DNA from: Nitrospirota bacterium
GTDB taxonomy: Bacteria; Nitrospirota; Nitrospiria; Nitrospirales; Nitrospiraceae
Reading direction: 5' to 3'
Length of the DNA: 54,083 bases
Assembly (NCBI GenBank): GCA_005887945.1
Contig: VBOL01000043.1
Location: 1-54,083 of the forward strand
Shown: piece by piece, positions 35,873 through 44,686 of the stretch
Numbering within the stretch: the stretch's first letter is position 1
Layout of the letters: each line of letters starts with the position of its first letter
Made by a program: the position numbers and the translations under genes
The notes under the pieces: generated by a model
Databases searched by the model: none
What the model was told of the DNA's origin: nothing
Seen by the model: the letters and a program-made list of their open reading frames with translations, nothing else

Positions 35873-36008
35873 GGTCCCCTCCGTGGAAACAGAAAGATGA
35901 GAAGCAATGTGGGCGATACGTATGTACTTGCATGTAAGTATGCGCCCCTCGTTCCAGCTTGCAACGAATTCGTGAAAATCTGCACAAGAAGAATGACGGT
36001 CAGCGGCA

Positions 36009-36049
36009 GAAAAAATTGGGACATTCTGAATTTTGCGGCGCGTTGCGGG
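36009..36049 (+). repeat. solo HHT head (alt type)
   Basis: gaaaaaattgggacattctgaattttgcggcgcgttgcggg. Confidence 0.65.
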
Positions 36050-36147
36050 TCGGCTCTTTTCACCTGAATGGTGAAGTAGCCGGCAGATGAAATTTGTTAT
36101 GTTAGCGGGTGCGGAGGTATGTAAGCCATTCGACTGGAGAGGGCGAG

Positions 36148-36612
36148 ATGGATATTGTTTCCCACGGCCTCTGGGGTTCGATTGCCTTCGGTCGAAAGAG
36201 TCGATCGAGTTTTTGGCTGGCATTCGTGATCGGCATGGCTCCCGATGTCTTTTCGTTCGGGATTCTGTGGCTGGCAGCCGTGCTCGGGTTGTCAGAAAAG
36301 CCCGATTTTAGTAACGGCACACCTCCGGAATCTATGATCCCTCAATATGTGCATTATCTCTACAATGTCACTCATAGCTTCATCGTATTCCTCGCCGTGT
36401 TTTTCTTAATTTGGCTCCTCCTGAAGCGGCCACTCTGGGAACTCGCAGCCTGGGGCCTGCATGTGCTGGTTGACGGGCCCACGCATTCGTATAAGTTCTT
36501 CCCGACCCCCATACTGTGGCCTCTCTTCGATTGGAAGTTCAACGGCTGGCAATGGACGACACCAACCATTCTCATTCCCAACTTTGTGCTTCTGTCGCTG
36601 CTCTATGCTTAG
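36148..36612 (+). CDS. membrane-bound metal-dependent hydrolase (YdjM/DUF457-like)
   Basis: MDIVSHGLWGS N-terminus, several TM helices, conserved HS/DGPTH histidines. Start at 36148. Confidence 0.6.
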   Translation: MDIVSHGLWGSIAFGRKSRSSFWLAFVIGMAPDVFSFGILWLAAVLGLSEKPDFSNGTPPESMIPQYVHYLYNVTHSFIVFLAVFFLIWLLLKRPLWELAAWGLHVLVDGPTHSYKFFPTPILWPLFDWKFNGWQWTTPTILIPNFVLLSLLYA

Positions 36613-36700
36613 TACTTATCACAGCCTTATAGGACGAAGAGGAAACGGGCTTCGCGAAAGCTGGCTTCTGGCCACAACTGAGGCGTCGGTCAGTCGTTAC

Positions 36701-36864
36701 AAAAAGAAACAAGTATCCGGTGCAGCACTTGGCGGGGAGCTGGTTCATCTGGTCTATCTGGTTTGTCTGGTTTTTCTGGTCTGACTCGTTTGTTTGGTTC
36801 GAAGAACGAGAGAGACAAGACAGACCCGCGCACCAGATAGACTACCCGGAATTCGCCGTCCTCC
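36701..36864 (+). repeat. HHT repeat (degenerate head)
   Basis: aaaaagaaacaagtatccggtgcagcacttggcggggagctggttcatctggtctatctggt...caccagatagactacccggaattcgcc. Confidence 0.8.
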
Positions 36865-37050
36865 GATTCGCCATTCGTGATGCTGATGCCATCTTATAGT
36901 TTCCCTTATCTTCTTCCCCTTTGACTCCTCCCACGCCACTCAAGAGAACGCCTGCACATCGCATAATGGGCTCGCTTTTTCATTGACTTAGGATCTAATC
37001 ATCGAGTGCTAAGGTTCATATGGATCTGGACCACTCCAGTCATGTGAACG

Positions 37051-38277
37051 ATGCACACATTTTGGAAATTGCCCCTGGTACTTTTGCTGGCTCTGCCTGC
37101 TCCTCTCGCCTGGGGAGGCGATGGATCGGTTTCAGACTACACGGCTCAACGCTGGTCTGGATTATTCTCCGATCTCCCTCCCGAAACCGATTCGAAACAG
37201 GCCGCCCCTCCCCTCTTCCACACTAGCCTCACACCAACCTTCTTTGCTCCACCCCTGGCCTCACCCCGCCTGCGCGAGCTCGCTCCGGAGACCGATCAAC
37301 CCCGCACGCAAGGCCTCCTGTCTTCGACCACATGGCTGAACGGAACCCTTGTCACTGAAACGGAAGTGGCCCGGAGTCTGGGAGGAACCGGCTGGCTTCA
37401 AAGCAGGATTCCCGGCGATACACGCAGCGATACAGCCCAACGCATGGTCCGACTCGGTCTGACGGGCACAGCAGGATCGATCCGTTACGGGATGCTGTCG
37501 CGATCATCAGGGCAGGCGTTCTTGAATGGGTCGGACCAGACGCTGCGTGAGGTGTGGGGAGAATGGAAGACCGGATGGATCACGCTACGGAACGCGATCG
37601 GAGAACAGTGGAACAATGTGGCCGGAGACTCCACCCGCTCTCGGCTGGAACAGACTTATGGACGAGTTGGTCTCGCATGGCAGCGTCCAACCTGGCCTGA
37701 CATCACGCTGACCTACGCACACAATTCCCTGAGTAGCGCGCTTGAACCACTCGGCATCGCTCCCCAGCGGAGCCACAACCACACCCTGGAAAGCGCGCTC
37801 GCCTATAACGGTATGGGCTGGAATGCCCGTCTCGCATCGAGTTATATCCTCGGGAGCGATCTCCTTCGTGGCGGAGCGGAGACCACTGTGAGGATGCAGA
37901 TGCTCACGGCGGCCTTTCACCCTTTGAGCACCCTGGCCATTTCCCCGACATTGGGGTATCGGGAGGAGGTACAGAATTGGTCAGGCGTTCGAATCAATTC
38001 GCCCTCGGCGTCTGTCGTCCTGCAGTACAGGCAAAGTCAACAGTTACTAATCAGTGCCATGGGCAACTACGCCGGCACACGCTCGAGCGATAGGCTGGTT
38101 GATACGGAACTAATGGGCGGGAAAGGATTACTCGCGTGGGATCTTCAGCGATCACAGGCATGGACGACGTTGATCTCCCTCGAGGCCGGCTATAACCGGA
38201 TGACCAACCATGTGGTGTCCTCCGCCAATACAGAAGATATCTCCGGACTGATACGCGTCGTTCTTGCCGCCCTCTAA
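37051..38277 (+). CDS. hypothetical secreted protein, possible outer-membrane beta-barrel
   Basis: 408 aa. Signal peptide LLLALPAPLAWG. Alternating hydrophobic pattern with many Y/W/G-rich strands. Confidence 0.6.
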   Translation: MHTFWKLPLVLLLALPAPLAWGGDGSVSDYTAQRWSGLFSDLPPETDSKQAAPPLFHTSLTPTFFAPPLASPRLRELAPETDQPRTQGLLSSTTWLNGTLVTETEVARSLGGTGWLQSRIPGDTRSDTAQRMVRLGLTGTAGSIRYGMLSRSSGQAFLNGSDQTLREVWGEWKTGWITLRNAIGEQWNNVAGDSTRSRLEQTYGRVGLAWQRPTWPDITLTYAHNSLSSALEPLGIAPQRSHNHTLESALAYNGMGWNARLASSYILGSDLLRGGAETTVRMQMLTAAFHPLSTLAISPTLGYREEVQNWSGVRINSPSASVVLQYRQSQQLLISAMGNYAGTRSSDRLVDTELMGGKGLLAWDLQRSQAWTTLISLEAGYNRMTNHVVSSANTEDISGLIRVVLAAL

Positions 38278-38325
38278 CTAACCACCATCGGCCCTCTACT
38301 TCGCCGGGCATTGTCGTACTGAATT

Positions 38326-38478
38326 GAAAAGGTGCCTAGAAGAATTTCGCGGCTGGTGGCGGGGAGTTGGTTCATCTGGTCTCGTTGGTCTGTCTTGTTT
38401 GTTTGGTTTGACGAACGAGAGAGACAAGACAGACCCGCGCACCAGATAGACTGCCCCTGAATCGCCCTCCCCTCACAC
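38326..38478 (+). repeat. HHT repeat
   Basis: gaaaaggtgcctagaagaatttcgcggctggtggcgggg + ggtctgtcttgt...acaagacagacc stem + ctgcccctgaatcgccctcccctcacac. Confidence 0.85.
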
Positions 38479-38500
38479 AAGACGGCCACAACAACATCGA

Positions 38501-39080
38501 GAAACAAAAATGGGACTGGCTACTTTTCTGGAGTGTTTCGTGGTCGGCCGCGTGGGCTCAAGGTGGGCAAGATGTTGGAAACCGATGCGATCAGGGCCTG
38601 CCACTCTGGTGAGCCAATCGCACGTTAGGGGCGGCACGCACTGGCTATCGTCCGCTCGCTGACGACCAATCCCTACTGCTCATAATTCTCGACGACCTGC
38701 GGCGGGCGAACTTGCGCATCGTCCGGGTCAAGCCCGACGTCGCGAAGGGCACGTCGCTGGCGCAAGAGGTCCCAACACTGATCCAGTTCCACCTGGACTT
38801 GCACGAGTCGTTCACGATCGGCTTGGGGGTGTGCCCTTTGCTCGTGCAATCGGTGTTCCTCTGCGACAAGGCGCTGAATATGATTGAGGACCGGCTGATC
38901 TTCCACTTGATTCTCCATGAGAGCCTCCTCCCACGCGGATGTGATGGGAACGGTCAGGCTTTGATGTTACGCCCACCCTAAACTGAGGTCAATCGATGTT
39001 CTGCCAACATGATGACCTCGACGTAGGTTGTCAGAAGAAAGAAAATGTGCCAGAAACCATTTCGCGGCGAGTGGCGGGCC
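38501..39080 (+). repeat. segmental duplicate 2 of the DUF2630 cassette (intact gene)
   Basis: See 34904-35488. Confidence 0.8.
38673..38918 (-). CDS. DUF2630 family protein
   Basis: 81 aa. LVAEEHRLHEQ...VELDQCWDLLRQRRALRDVGLDPDDAQVRPPQVVENY is a typical family pattern. Confidence 0.8.
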   Translation of the reverse strand: MENQVEDQPVLNHIQRLVAEEHRLHEQRAHPQADRERLVQVQVELDQCWDLLRQRRALRDVGLDPDDAQVRPPQVVENYEQ

Positions 39081-39212
39081 TGCTCAGTTCGTCATTCCTC
39101 GCTCGCTTCTTCTGCCGGCGTTGATCTCATTCGCACGCGCATGCCTCCGGTAACCGCCTGACTCCACACCCCCTCTGTTCTTGCTATAATCCCGCCCCTG
39201 TGAGGACCACTG

Positions 39213-39746
39213 ATGCGGAGACGTTACGATCACGTTGACCTGAGGGTGCGCAGTCTGGCCGAGGCGCAACCCCTCTACGAAACACTTCTGCCTGCACTGG
39301 GGTTCACACTCGACGTGGGGATCGAAGGCTGGCTGCAGTTTGAAGCGGCCGGAGAGAACAGCGTTAGTGAGTTTTTTGGCGTCACTGAGTCGTCGCGGCA
39401 TGTCGCCAACGAGTGCCGGATCGCCTTCTGGGCAGACAGCACCAGAGAGGTGGATAGGCTGGCTGAGATCGTCGTCCGGGCGGGAGCTCGGAATGTCGAA
39501 GGCCCTGGATATCACGAAGGGCCGGGCTACTACGCTGTCTTTTTCGAGGATCCCAGTGGCAATCGTTTGGAAATCTGCCACCGAGCCGAAGGGGCCAGAT
39601 GGATCAAGACAGGAAAAGATGCCAGAACCCATTTCCCGGCGCATGGTGCGGAGCTGGTTCATCTGGTTTCCTTGGTCTGTCTCGTTTGTTTGGTTCGACG
39701 AACGAGAGAGACACGACAGACCCGCCACCAGATAGACCGCCTTTGA
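39213..39746 (+). CDS. VOC/glyoxalase-family protein whose reading frame runs into the following HHT repeat
   Basis: YDHVDLRVRSLAEAQPLYETLL...YYAVFFEDPSGNRLEICH is a VOC fold. The last about 45 codons (KDARTHFPAHGAELVHLVSLVCLVCLVRRTRETRQTRHQIDRL) are repeat-encoded. Confidence 0.75.
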   Translation: MRRRYDHVDLRVRSLAEAQPLYETLLPALGFTLDVGIEGWLQFEAAGENSVSEFFGVTESSRHVANECRIAFWADSTREVDRLAEIVVRAGARNVEGPGYHEGPGYYAVFFEDPSGNRLEICHRAEGARWIKTGKDARTHFPAHGAELVHLVSLVCLVCLVRRTRETRQTRHQIDRL

Positions 39747-39768
39747 ATCGCACCGGTCCACCCCACCC
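39612..39768 (+). repeat. HHT repeat overlapping the 3-prime end of the VOC ORF
   Basis: ggaaaagatgccagaacccatttcccggcgcatggtgcggagctggttcatctggt...ccaccagatagaccgcctttgaatcgc. Confidence 0.85.
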
Positions 39769-39832
39769 GCAGTATCAGCGCTATGCGCTTCCTCCACCAC
39801 CATACCTGCTCTGTCCTAGTTGACGCTTATAC

Positions 39833-40186
39833 ATGATTTTGTATACACTGCAGGCCGTGAAACGGCTCGTCTGGTTAGGAGCGTCCCTGGAAGATCTTCG
39901 CAGCTGGCCGGCAGAGGCTCAGCGAAATACGGGGTACCAGCTCTACAAGATCCAGTCAGGGATGGACCCATCGGACTGGAAGCCCATGCCCAGTGTAGGC
40001 GGAGGCGTTCAGGAGATACGGATTCACTGTGACAACGAGTATCGGGTCATCTATCTGGCCAAGTTGGCAGAGGCGGTCTATGTGCTGCACGCCTTTGAGA
40101 AAAAGACGCGCAAGACCCCGCAAACGGCGATCGAGGTTGCGTGTCGACGGCTTCATTTGTTACTGAGCCAGAGGAGGAGAACATGA
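39833..40186 (+). CDS. higB: HigB-like toxin (phage Gp49-like / RelE-ParE superfamily)
   Basis: 117 aa. IRIHCDNEYRVIYLAKLAEAVYVLHAFEKKTRKTPQ signature. Overlaps the next gene by 4 nt. Confidence 0.75.
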   Translation: MILYTLQAVKRLVWLGASLEDLRSWPAEAQRNTGYQLYKIQSGMDPSDWKPMPSVGGGVQEIRIHCDNEYRVIYLAKLAEAVYVLHAFEKKTRKTPQTAIEVACRRLHLLLSQRRRT

Positions 40187-40473
40187 AGAAACGTGTGTCG
40201 ACGAGCAATGTCTTTCGGGACTTGGGATTTGGCGCTGAAGAGGCCGTGAACTTGAAAGTGCGGGCAATGCTTATGGTCGAGCTCGAGAAGTACATTCAGG
40301 AGAAGCACTTGACCCAGAAACGGGCCGCTGAGCGTCTCGGCGTGACCCAGCCCCGGATCAGCGACCTCACGCGTGGCAAGATCGAACTCTTCAGTGTGGA
40401 TACCCTCATCACCATGCTGACGCATGCTGGCCTGAAGGTCGATGTGCGAGTCAGACGATCCGTCGCTGCCTGA
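40183..40473 (+). CDS. higA: HigA-like XRE-family antitoxin
   Basis: MKKRVSTSNVFRDLGF...HLTQKRAAERLGVTQPRISDLTRGKIELFSVDTLITML HTH pattern. Confidence 0.8.
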   Translation: MKKRVSTSNVFRDLGFGAEEAVNLKVRAMLMVELEKYIQEKHLTQKRAAERLGVTQPRISDLTRGKIELFSVDTLITMLTHAGLKVDVRVRRSVAA

Positions 40474-40483
40474 AGGGGGCGCG

Positions 40484-40518
40484 CAAAGACGCCAGGAACC
40501 ATTTCGCGGCGCGTGCGG
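40484..40518 (+). repeat. solo HHT head
   Basis: caaagacgccaggaaccatttcgcggcgcgtgcgg, 11 nt after the higA stop. Confidence 0.7.
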
Positions 40519-40582
40519 ACAGGTACGTTGGTCGCCTCCCCGCCCCTCGTTAGGCCGCTCTCACACTCCCTCGTGAACCACC

Positions 40583-40983
40583 ATGCTGATTCATCTTCGA
40601 ATCGCCAGACCAGTCAGCGATCTTGCAAGATCGACTGACATGTACTGTCGTGGCCTCGGCCTTCGTGTCGTTGGAAGCTTTGAGAACCACGAAGGATTCG
40701 ACGCGTCATGCTCGGCATCGCGAGTTCGAGCTATCACTTCGAGTTCACCCACTGCCGTACTCGCCCTGTCGCACCGGCGCCGACGCCAGAAGACTTGGTG
40801 ATTCTCTACATCCCGGCGGAAGCCGAGTGGAAAGCCAGGTGCGCCAGCATGATGGCGGCGGGGTTCAAACAGGTTGCGTCGTTCAATCCGTACTGGGAAA
40901 TTTGCGGGCGAACGTACGAAGACCCCCATGGCTATCGCGTCGTCTTACAGCAAGCGGAGTGGAGCATTGTCGAGCGTCTTTGA
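40583..40983 (+). pseudogene. VOC-family protein, frameshifted
   Basis: ORF 40583..40801 (MLIHLRIARPVSDLARSTDMYCRGLGLRVVGSFENHEGFD) continues in ORF 40708..40983 (MLGIASSSYHFEFTH...YRVVLQQAEW). A 1-nt indel lies near 40703-40707. Confidence 0.7.
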
Positions 40984-41048
40984 TTCAGTGGCGCACTCGA
41001 CGTTTCATCGCTTGCTGCCTAACTACAGGCGGTCTAACTCAACCTCGT

Positions 41049-41133
41049 GAGGGTCAGGTCTTTCAATCCAACATTTCGCGGCGCGTGGCGGGGATCTGGT
41101 CTATTTGGTTTCTTATCGTCTGCTTGGTTCGAT
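41049..41133 (+). repeat. HHT repeat, 3-prime truncated
   Basis: gagggtcaggtctttcaatccaacatttcgcggcgcgtggcggggatctggtctatttggtttc... No AC arm or tail. Confidence 0.75.
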
Positions 41134-41347
41134 GACAGGAGCATGCGCCGCCGCGACTGCTTGACTGAGCGGTCTCTGGGCGCGTAGTATCACGGTCAAG
41201 ACGTTTCAGCCACGTCGACTGTCTCATCTCTCGCGCTTCTTCGCCCTTCCCAACGCGACCGATCCTCCAGTCTCCGCCGCTCCAACGCCGTTATCACACT
41301 CCGTACACTTTCCCGAGACGATCACATCGCGGCAGAGAGGTATCCAC

Positions 41348-41557
41348 ATGTCACCGCAGAGGCCCAGTACTGACCGCATCCTTGAACTACTCCAAGGCTC
41401 CCAGGATTGCGCTTTCGAGGCCTTGGTGGCGCGCTATCCGGAGTTCACCTCTAGCGAGATCTATCAGGAGATCTCTCGCTTAAGCCGGGCGGGGAAGGTG
41501 ATCATCACAAGGGACGTGGGGATCTTCACCATCAGACAAGCTGCAGTTGTCAGCTAA
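41348..41557 (+). CDS. small hypothetical protein (winged-helix-like pattern)
   Basis: 69 aa ORF. ILELLQGSQDCAFEALVARYPEFTSSEIYQEISRLSRAGKVII. Confidence 0.5.
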   Translation: MSPQRPSTDRILELLQGSQDCAFEALVARYPEFTSSEIYQEISRLSRAGKVIITRDVGIFTIRQAAVVS

Positions 41558-41585
41558 GCGCCGGGAATGAACATGGCCGCGCCCA

Positions 41586-41777
41586 GAAAATGGGTTCAAG
41601 TCTTGTAATCACACATGCTCCGGCCCGTGGCGGGGATCTGGTCCATGTGGTTTCTTTGGTTTATTTAGTTTGTTTGGTTCGTTTGGTTGGGAACGAAACA
41701 AACCAGATAAACCAAACCTACCAGATAAACCAAACCAACCAGATAAACTGTCTGCGAGTCGCCCCTCACCTCGCACA
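41586..41777 (+). repeat. HHT repeat with a long hairpin, followed by extended tail type 1 to about 41900
   Basis: Head gaaaatgggttcaagtcttgtaatcacacatgctccggcccgtggcgggg. Arms ggtttctttggtttatttagtttgtttggttcgtttggtt / aaccagataaaccaaacctaccagataaaccaaaccaacc. Confidence 0.85.
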
Positions 41778-41916
41778 ACGTTCCCTTCCCCTCCAGAGTG
41801 ATGGATACGCCATCGACTTTGCAGTAGACTCGCGCATCACAGTTTGCTGAGACTGTTTGGCCTATCAACGGCTGACAGAAGCAGCCTCACTAGTGATTTC
41901 TACGAAAAGGAAGCGC

Positions 41917-42369
41917 ATGGCACATACCGTCCGACAAGCCACCATTCGCGATCTGGAGCAACTCGTCCCGCTGTTTGACGGCTATCGTCAGTTCTACGGT
42001 CGCGTAAGTGATCTTCGCGCGGCAAGAGAGTTCTTGCTGGCTCGCTTTACCAACGACGAGTCCACCGTGTTCCTCGCACATGAGGACGAGAGGGCTATTG
42101 GTTTCACGCAGCTGTATCCGAGCTTTTCATCGATCTCACTCGCTCGTATCTTCATACTCAATGATCTATTCGTCTACGAGCAGGCGCGCAGAAAAGGAGT
42201 GGCCTCTGCTCTGATGTCTGCTGCCGTGAAGTTTGCAACTGCTTTGGGTGCGGCTCGCCTCTCACTGTCAACGGCCATCACAAACGACGCTGCTCAGGCG
42301 CTATACCACTCAGCTGGTTGGAAGCGTGATGACCAGTTCTTCGTCTATGATCTTGAAGTCCCGACGTGA
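41917..42369 (+). CDS. GNAT family N-acetyltransferase
   Basis: Start at MAHTVRQATIRD. Acetyl-CoA motif RRKGVASALMSAAVKFA. 150 aa. Confidence 0.85.
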   Translation: MAHTVRQATIRDLEQLVPLFDGYRQFYGRVSDLRAAREFLLARFTNDESTVFLAHEDERAIGFTQLYPSFSSISLARIFILNDLFVYEQARRKGVASALMSAAVKFATALGAARLSLSTAITNDAAQALYHSAGWKRDDQFFVYDLEVPT

Positions 42370-42372
42370 CCT

Positions 42373-42500
42373 GAAGGAGATAAGGGACCAAAATTTATTT
42401 CGTGGCCTGTGGCGGGGATCTGGTTCATCTGGTTTCTTTGGTCTATCTCGTTTGTTTGACTCGACGAACGAGAGAGACAAGACTGTCCCGCGCGTCGCTT
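42373..42500 (+). repeat. HHT repeat, 3-prime degenerate
   Basis: gaaggagataagggaccaaaatttatttcgtggcctgtggcggggatctggttcatctggt... Starts 4 nt after the GNAT stop. Confidence 0.8.
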
Positions 42501-42579
42501 CCCGCATTTTCAATTGGACTTCCAAATGTCTTGGCGCTTACCGTAAAATAGTTTTTGCCGTCACATTGGGAAAGGAGAG

Positions 42580-43179
42580 ATGCCTATGACACTATTCAGG
42601 AAATTAATGGCCGTCGTGCTGACAGGGGTTCTGGTCATAGCAGTAGCCGTCGCACTGCCTCTCCTACCGGTGTTTGGCGAAGGTGGTGCGCGGCGAGACG
42701 TTGTGCTTCATGAGGCTGAGCTCGCGCGCGCAGAAGGTGCAGGGCCTTCCTCACTTTCCAAAAACGCAACGATCATGGATTGGGATGGGAAAGTGCTTCG
42801 CAAGGGCACGAATGGTTGGACGTGCATGCCCGACAATCCCAACACTCCAGGCAGGGACCCAATGTGCATGAACGAACCGTGGCTCAATTTTAGGGACGCT
42901 GTGAAGAACAAAAAGAAGCCGACTTACACACAAGTCGGTATTGCATACATGCTACAAGGCGACACCCCGGTGAGCAATACGGATCCATATGCGAACGCGC
43001 CAAAGCCGGGAGATGATTGGGTAGAAGGACTCGGCGCACACATCATGATTCTCGTACCTAACGTGGAGGCGCTGAAAAACGTGTCAACCAATTCGAAAAA
43101 CGGCGGACCCTGGATCATGTGGCCTGACACACCCTATGCGCACCTGATGCTCCCGATCGATAGTTACCCATCACACTAG
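42580..43179 (+). CDS. hypothetical secreted protein
   Basis: 199 aa. N-terminal TM/signal LMAVVLTGVLVIAVAVALPLL. Conserved-looking core WTCMPDNPNTPGRDPMCMNEPW. Confidence 0.65.
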   Translation: MPMTLFRKLMAVVLTGVLVIAVAVALPLLPVFGEGGARRDVVLHEAELARAEGAGPSSLSKNATIMDWDGKVLRKGTNGWTCMPDNPNTPGRDPMCMNEPWLNFRDAVKNKKKPTYTQVGIAYMLQGDTPVSNTDPYANAPKPGDDWVEGLGAHIMILVPNVEALKNVSTNSKNGGPWIMWPDTPYAHLMLPIDSYPSH

Positions 43180-43360
43180 GCTGACGCCAGCAGATTTTGT
43201 TAGAAAGGATGGGCCAGCGGAATACGGACTGGCCCTTCCTGTTGCATCACAGGTAGTGGATATTGGGAATACAGCCGCGCAGAATCAGGTGCAGGTTGAG
43301 GTGGCCCGGATTTGACAGACACCTTTGAAAGGGGACAGGATTTTCCGAGGAGGTGTCTGA

Positions 43361-43459
43361 TGGGTTCACGCCAAGGTGTTCTACAACCGCCAGCGGCTCC
43401 ACCAGGCACTGAACTATCGCAGCCCAGAGGAGTTTGAGCGACAGACCGGTGATTCTTAA
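43361..43459 (+). mobile_element. IS3-family transposase C-terminal remnant (32 codons)
   Basis: Own translation: WVHAKVFYNRQRLHQALNYRSPEEFERQTGDS-stop, the characteristic end of DDE IS3 OrfB. Stop codons lie immediately upstream in frame. Confidence 0.6.
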
Positions 43460-43467
43460 TCCACCTG

Positions 43468-43653
43468 TTTTTTGGGGCCACCTCAAGTCTTGCAATCACA
43501 CATTCCGCGGCGCGTGGCGGGAATCTCGTCCATCTGGTTTCTCTGGTTTATTTAGTTTTTTTGGTTCGTTTGGTTGGGAACGTGACAAACCAGATAAACC
43601 AAGCCAACCAGATAAACTGTCTGCGAATCGCCCTCGCCTTCCACAAGGCTCCC
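43468..43653 (+). repeat. HHT repeat with a long hairpin
   Basis: cctcaagtcttgcaatcacacattccgcggcgcgtggcggg + arms + ctgtctgcgaatcgccc. Begins 9 nt after the IS3 remnant. Confidence 0.85.
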
Positions 43654-43843
43654 ACAAGACGACTGTCGTCGTTCGATGCAGGACAAAGACATGGCCCAGG
43701 CCGCCCTCCCTGATAACGTTGAATGTGTTCGCTCAGAATGCCCTTGTTGCTTTGTTCAGAAACCACTCTATTTCTAGGTCAATTGACTTCTCCTCGCTAT
43801 ACTCTTCCTCAGAATGCTGTAGGGTCATCCAGATATCGATGGA

Positions 43844-44632
43844 ATGCCTATGGAAACTATGACCAGTATCGTCCTGCCAGATTTCCTCCCCTACTTACTG
43901 GCAATTTTCGGATTGCTCATCCTGTGGCAAAGCTATCAACTCCGCGTGATGAAGGGGCGAATCCTGGCCATCGATATTTTCGACCGATCGGGCATCCGCA
44001 TGTATCTCTATGCCGTGGCCGACGATCTACAGGCGTGCGAAGTGTGCCGCTTAGCTCATGGAACGGTTTTCCCTCCCAGCGAAGTGATGAAGCGCCAGTT
44101 CTCGCCGATCAAGGGAATATGCAAGAGCCCCGCCCGTTGCGCCGGCTTTCTCGTCGGCTTATACGGCGCATGGCCCGAAGCGAACCAGATCGTCGTGCGA
44201 TTACGATTGTCCCGCAAGCGCGAACCGATACAGTTGGACCAGGATGAATTGAGGGAGCTGATTCTTGGTCCCTGGGAGCGGAGCATCAGCGCCAACACCG
44301 ACCGGTTCGGTATCTCCGTGCTGGAAGCGGTCTTGGGAGATAGCACGAATCCAAGTCCCGCAATGGAAAAATACCGCGATACGATTGAATCTGCTAAGGA
44401 GGTTCGACATATGCCTCTGATCGTGCCAGCGTATTTTCGCCTCGTGGAACTCTTAACTAGGCAGGGACAAACAGCTGTAGCGCTCCATTTCATCGAGCAA
44501 TTTGAGAAACGTTACAAGGGGAAAACATCGGGACCCTATGCGCCTACCGAAAAGGAGTTAGGTCTCATGAAGCTCAAGAAGTCCCACCTGAAAACCGCTG
44601 CACGAACGACCACGCCCGCGCCAACGACTTGA
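43844..44632 (+). CDS. hypothetical protein with N-terminal TM helix
   Basis: 262 aa ORF. LPYLLAIFGLLILW TM. No family recognised. Confidence 0.55.
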   Translation: MPMETMTSIVLPDFLPYLLAIFGLLILWQSYQLRVMKGRILAIDIFDRSGIRMYLYAVADDLQACEVCRLAHGTVFPPSEVMKRQFSPIKGICKSPARCAGFLVGLYGAWPEANQIVVRLRLSRKREPIQLDQDELRELILGPWERSISANTDRFGISVLEAVLGDSTNPSPAMEKYRDTIESAKEVRHMPLIVPAYFRLVELLTRQGQTAVALHFIEQFEKRYKGKTSGPYAPTEKELGLMKLKKSHLKTAARTTTPAPTT

Positions 44633-44686
44633 AATATTTCTCGGGTAATTTAGTCATAACTTGGGGGCAAGCAACTGTCTTGACTG

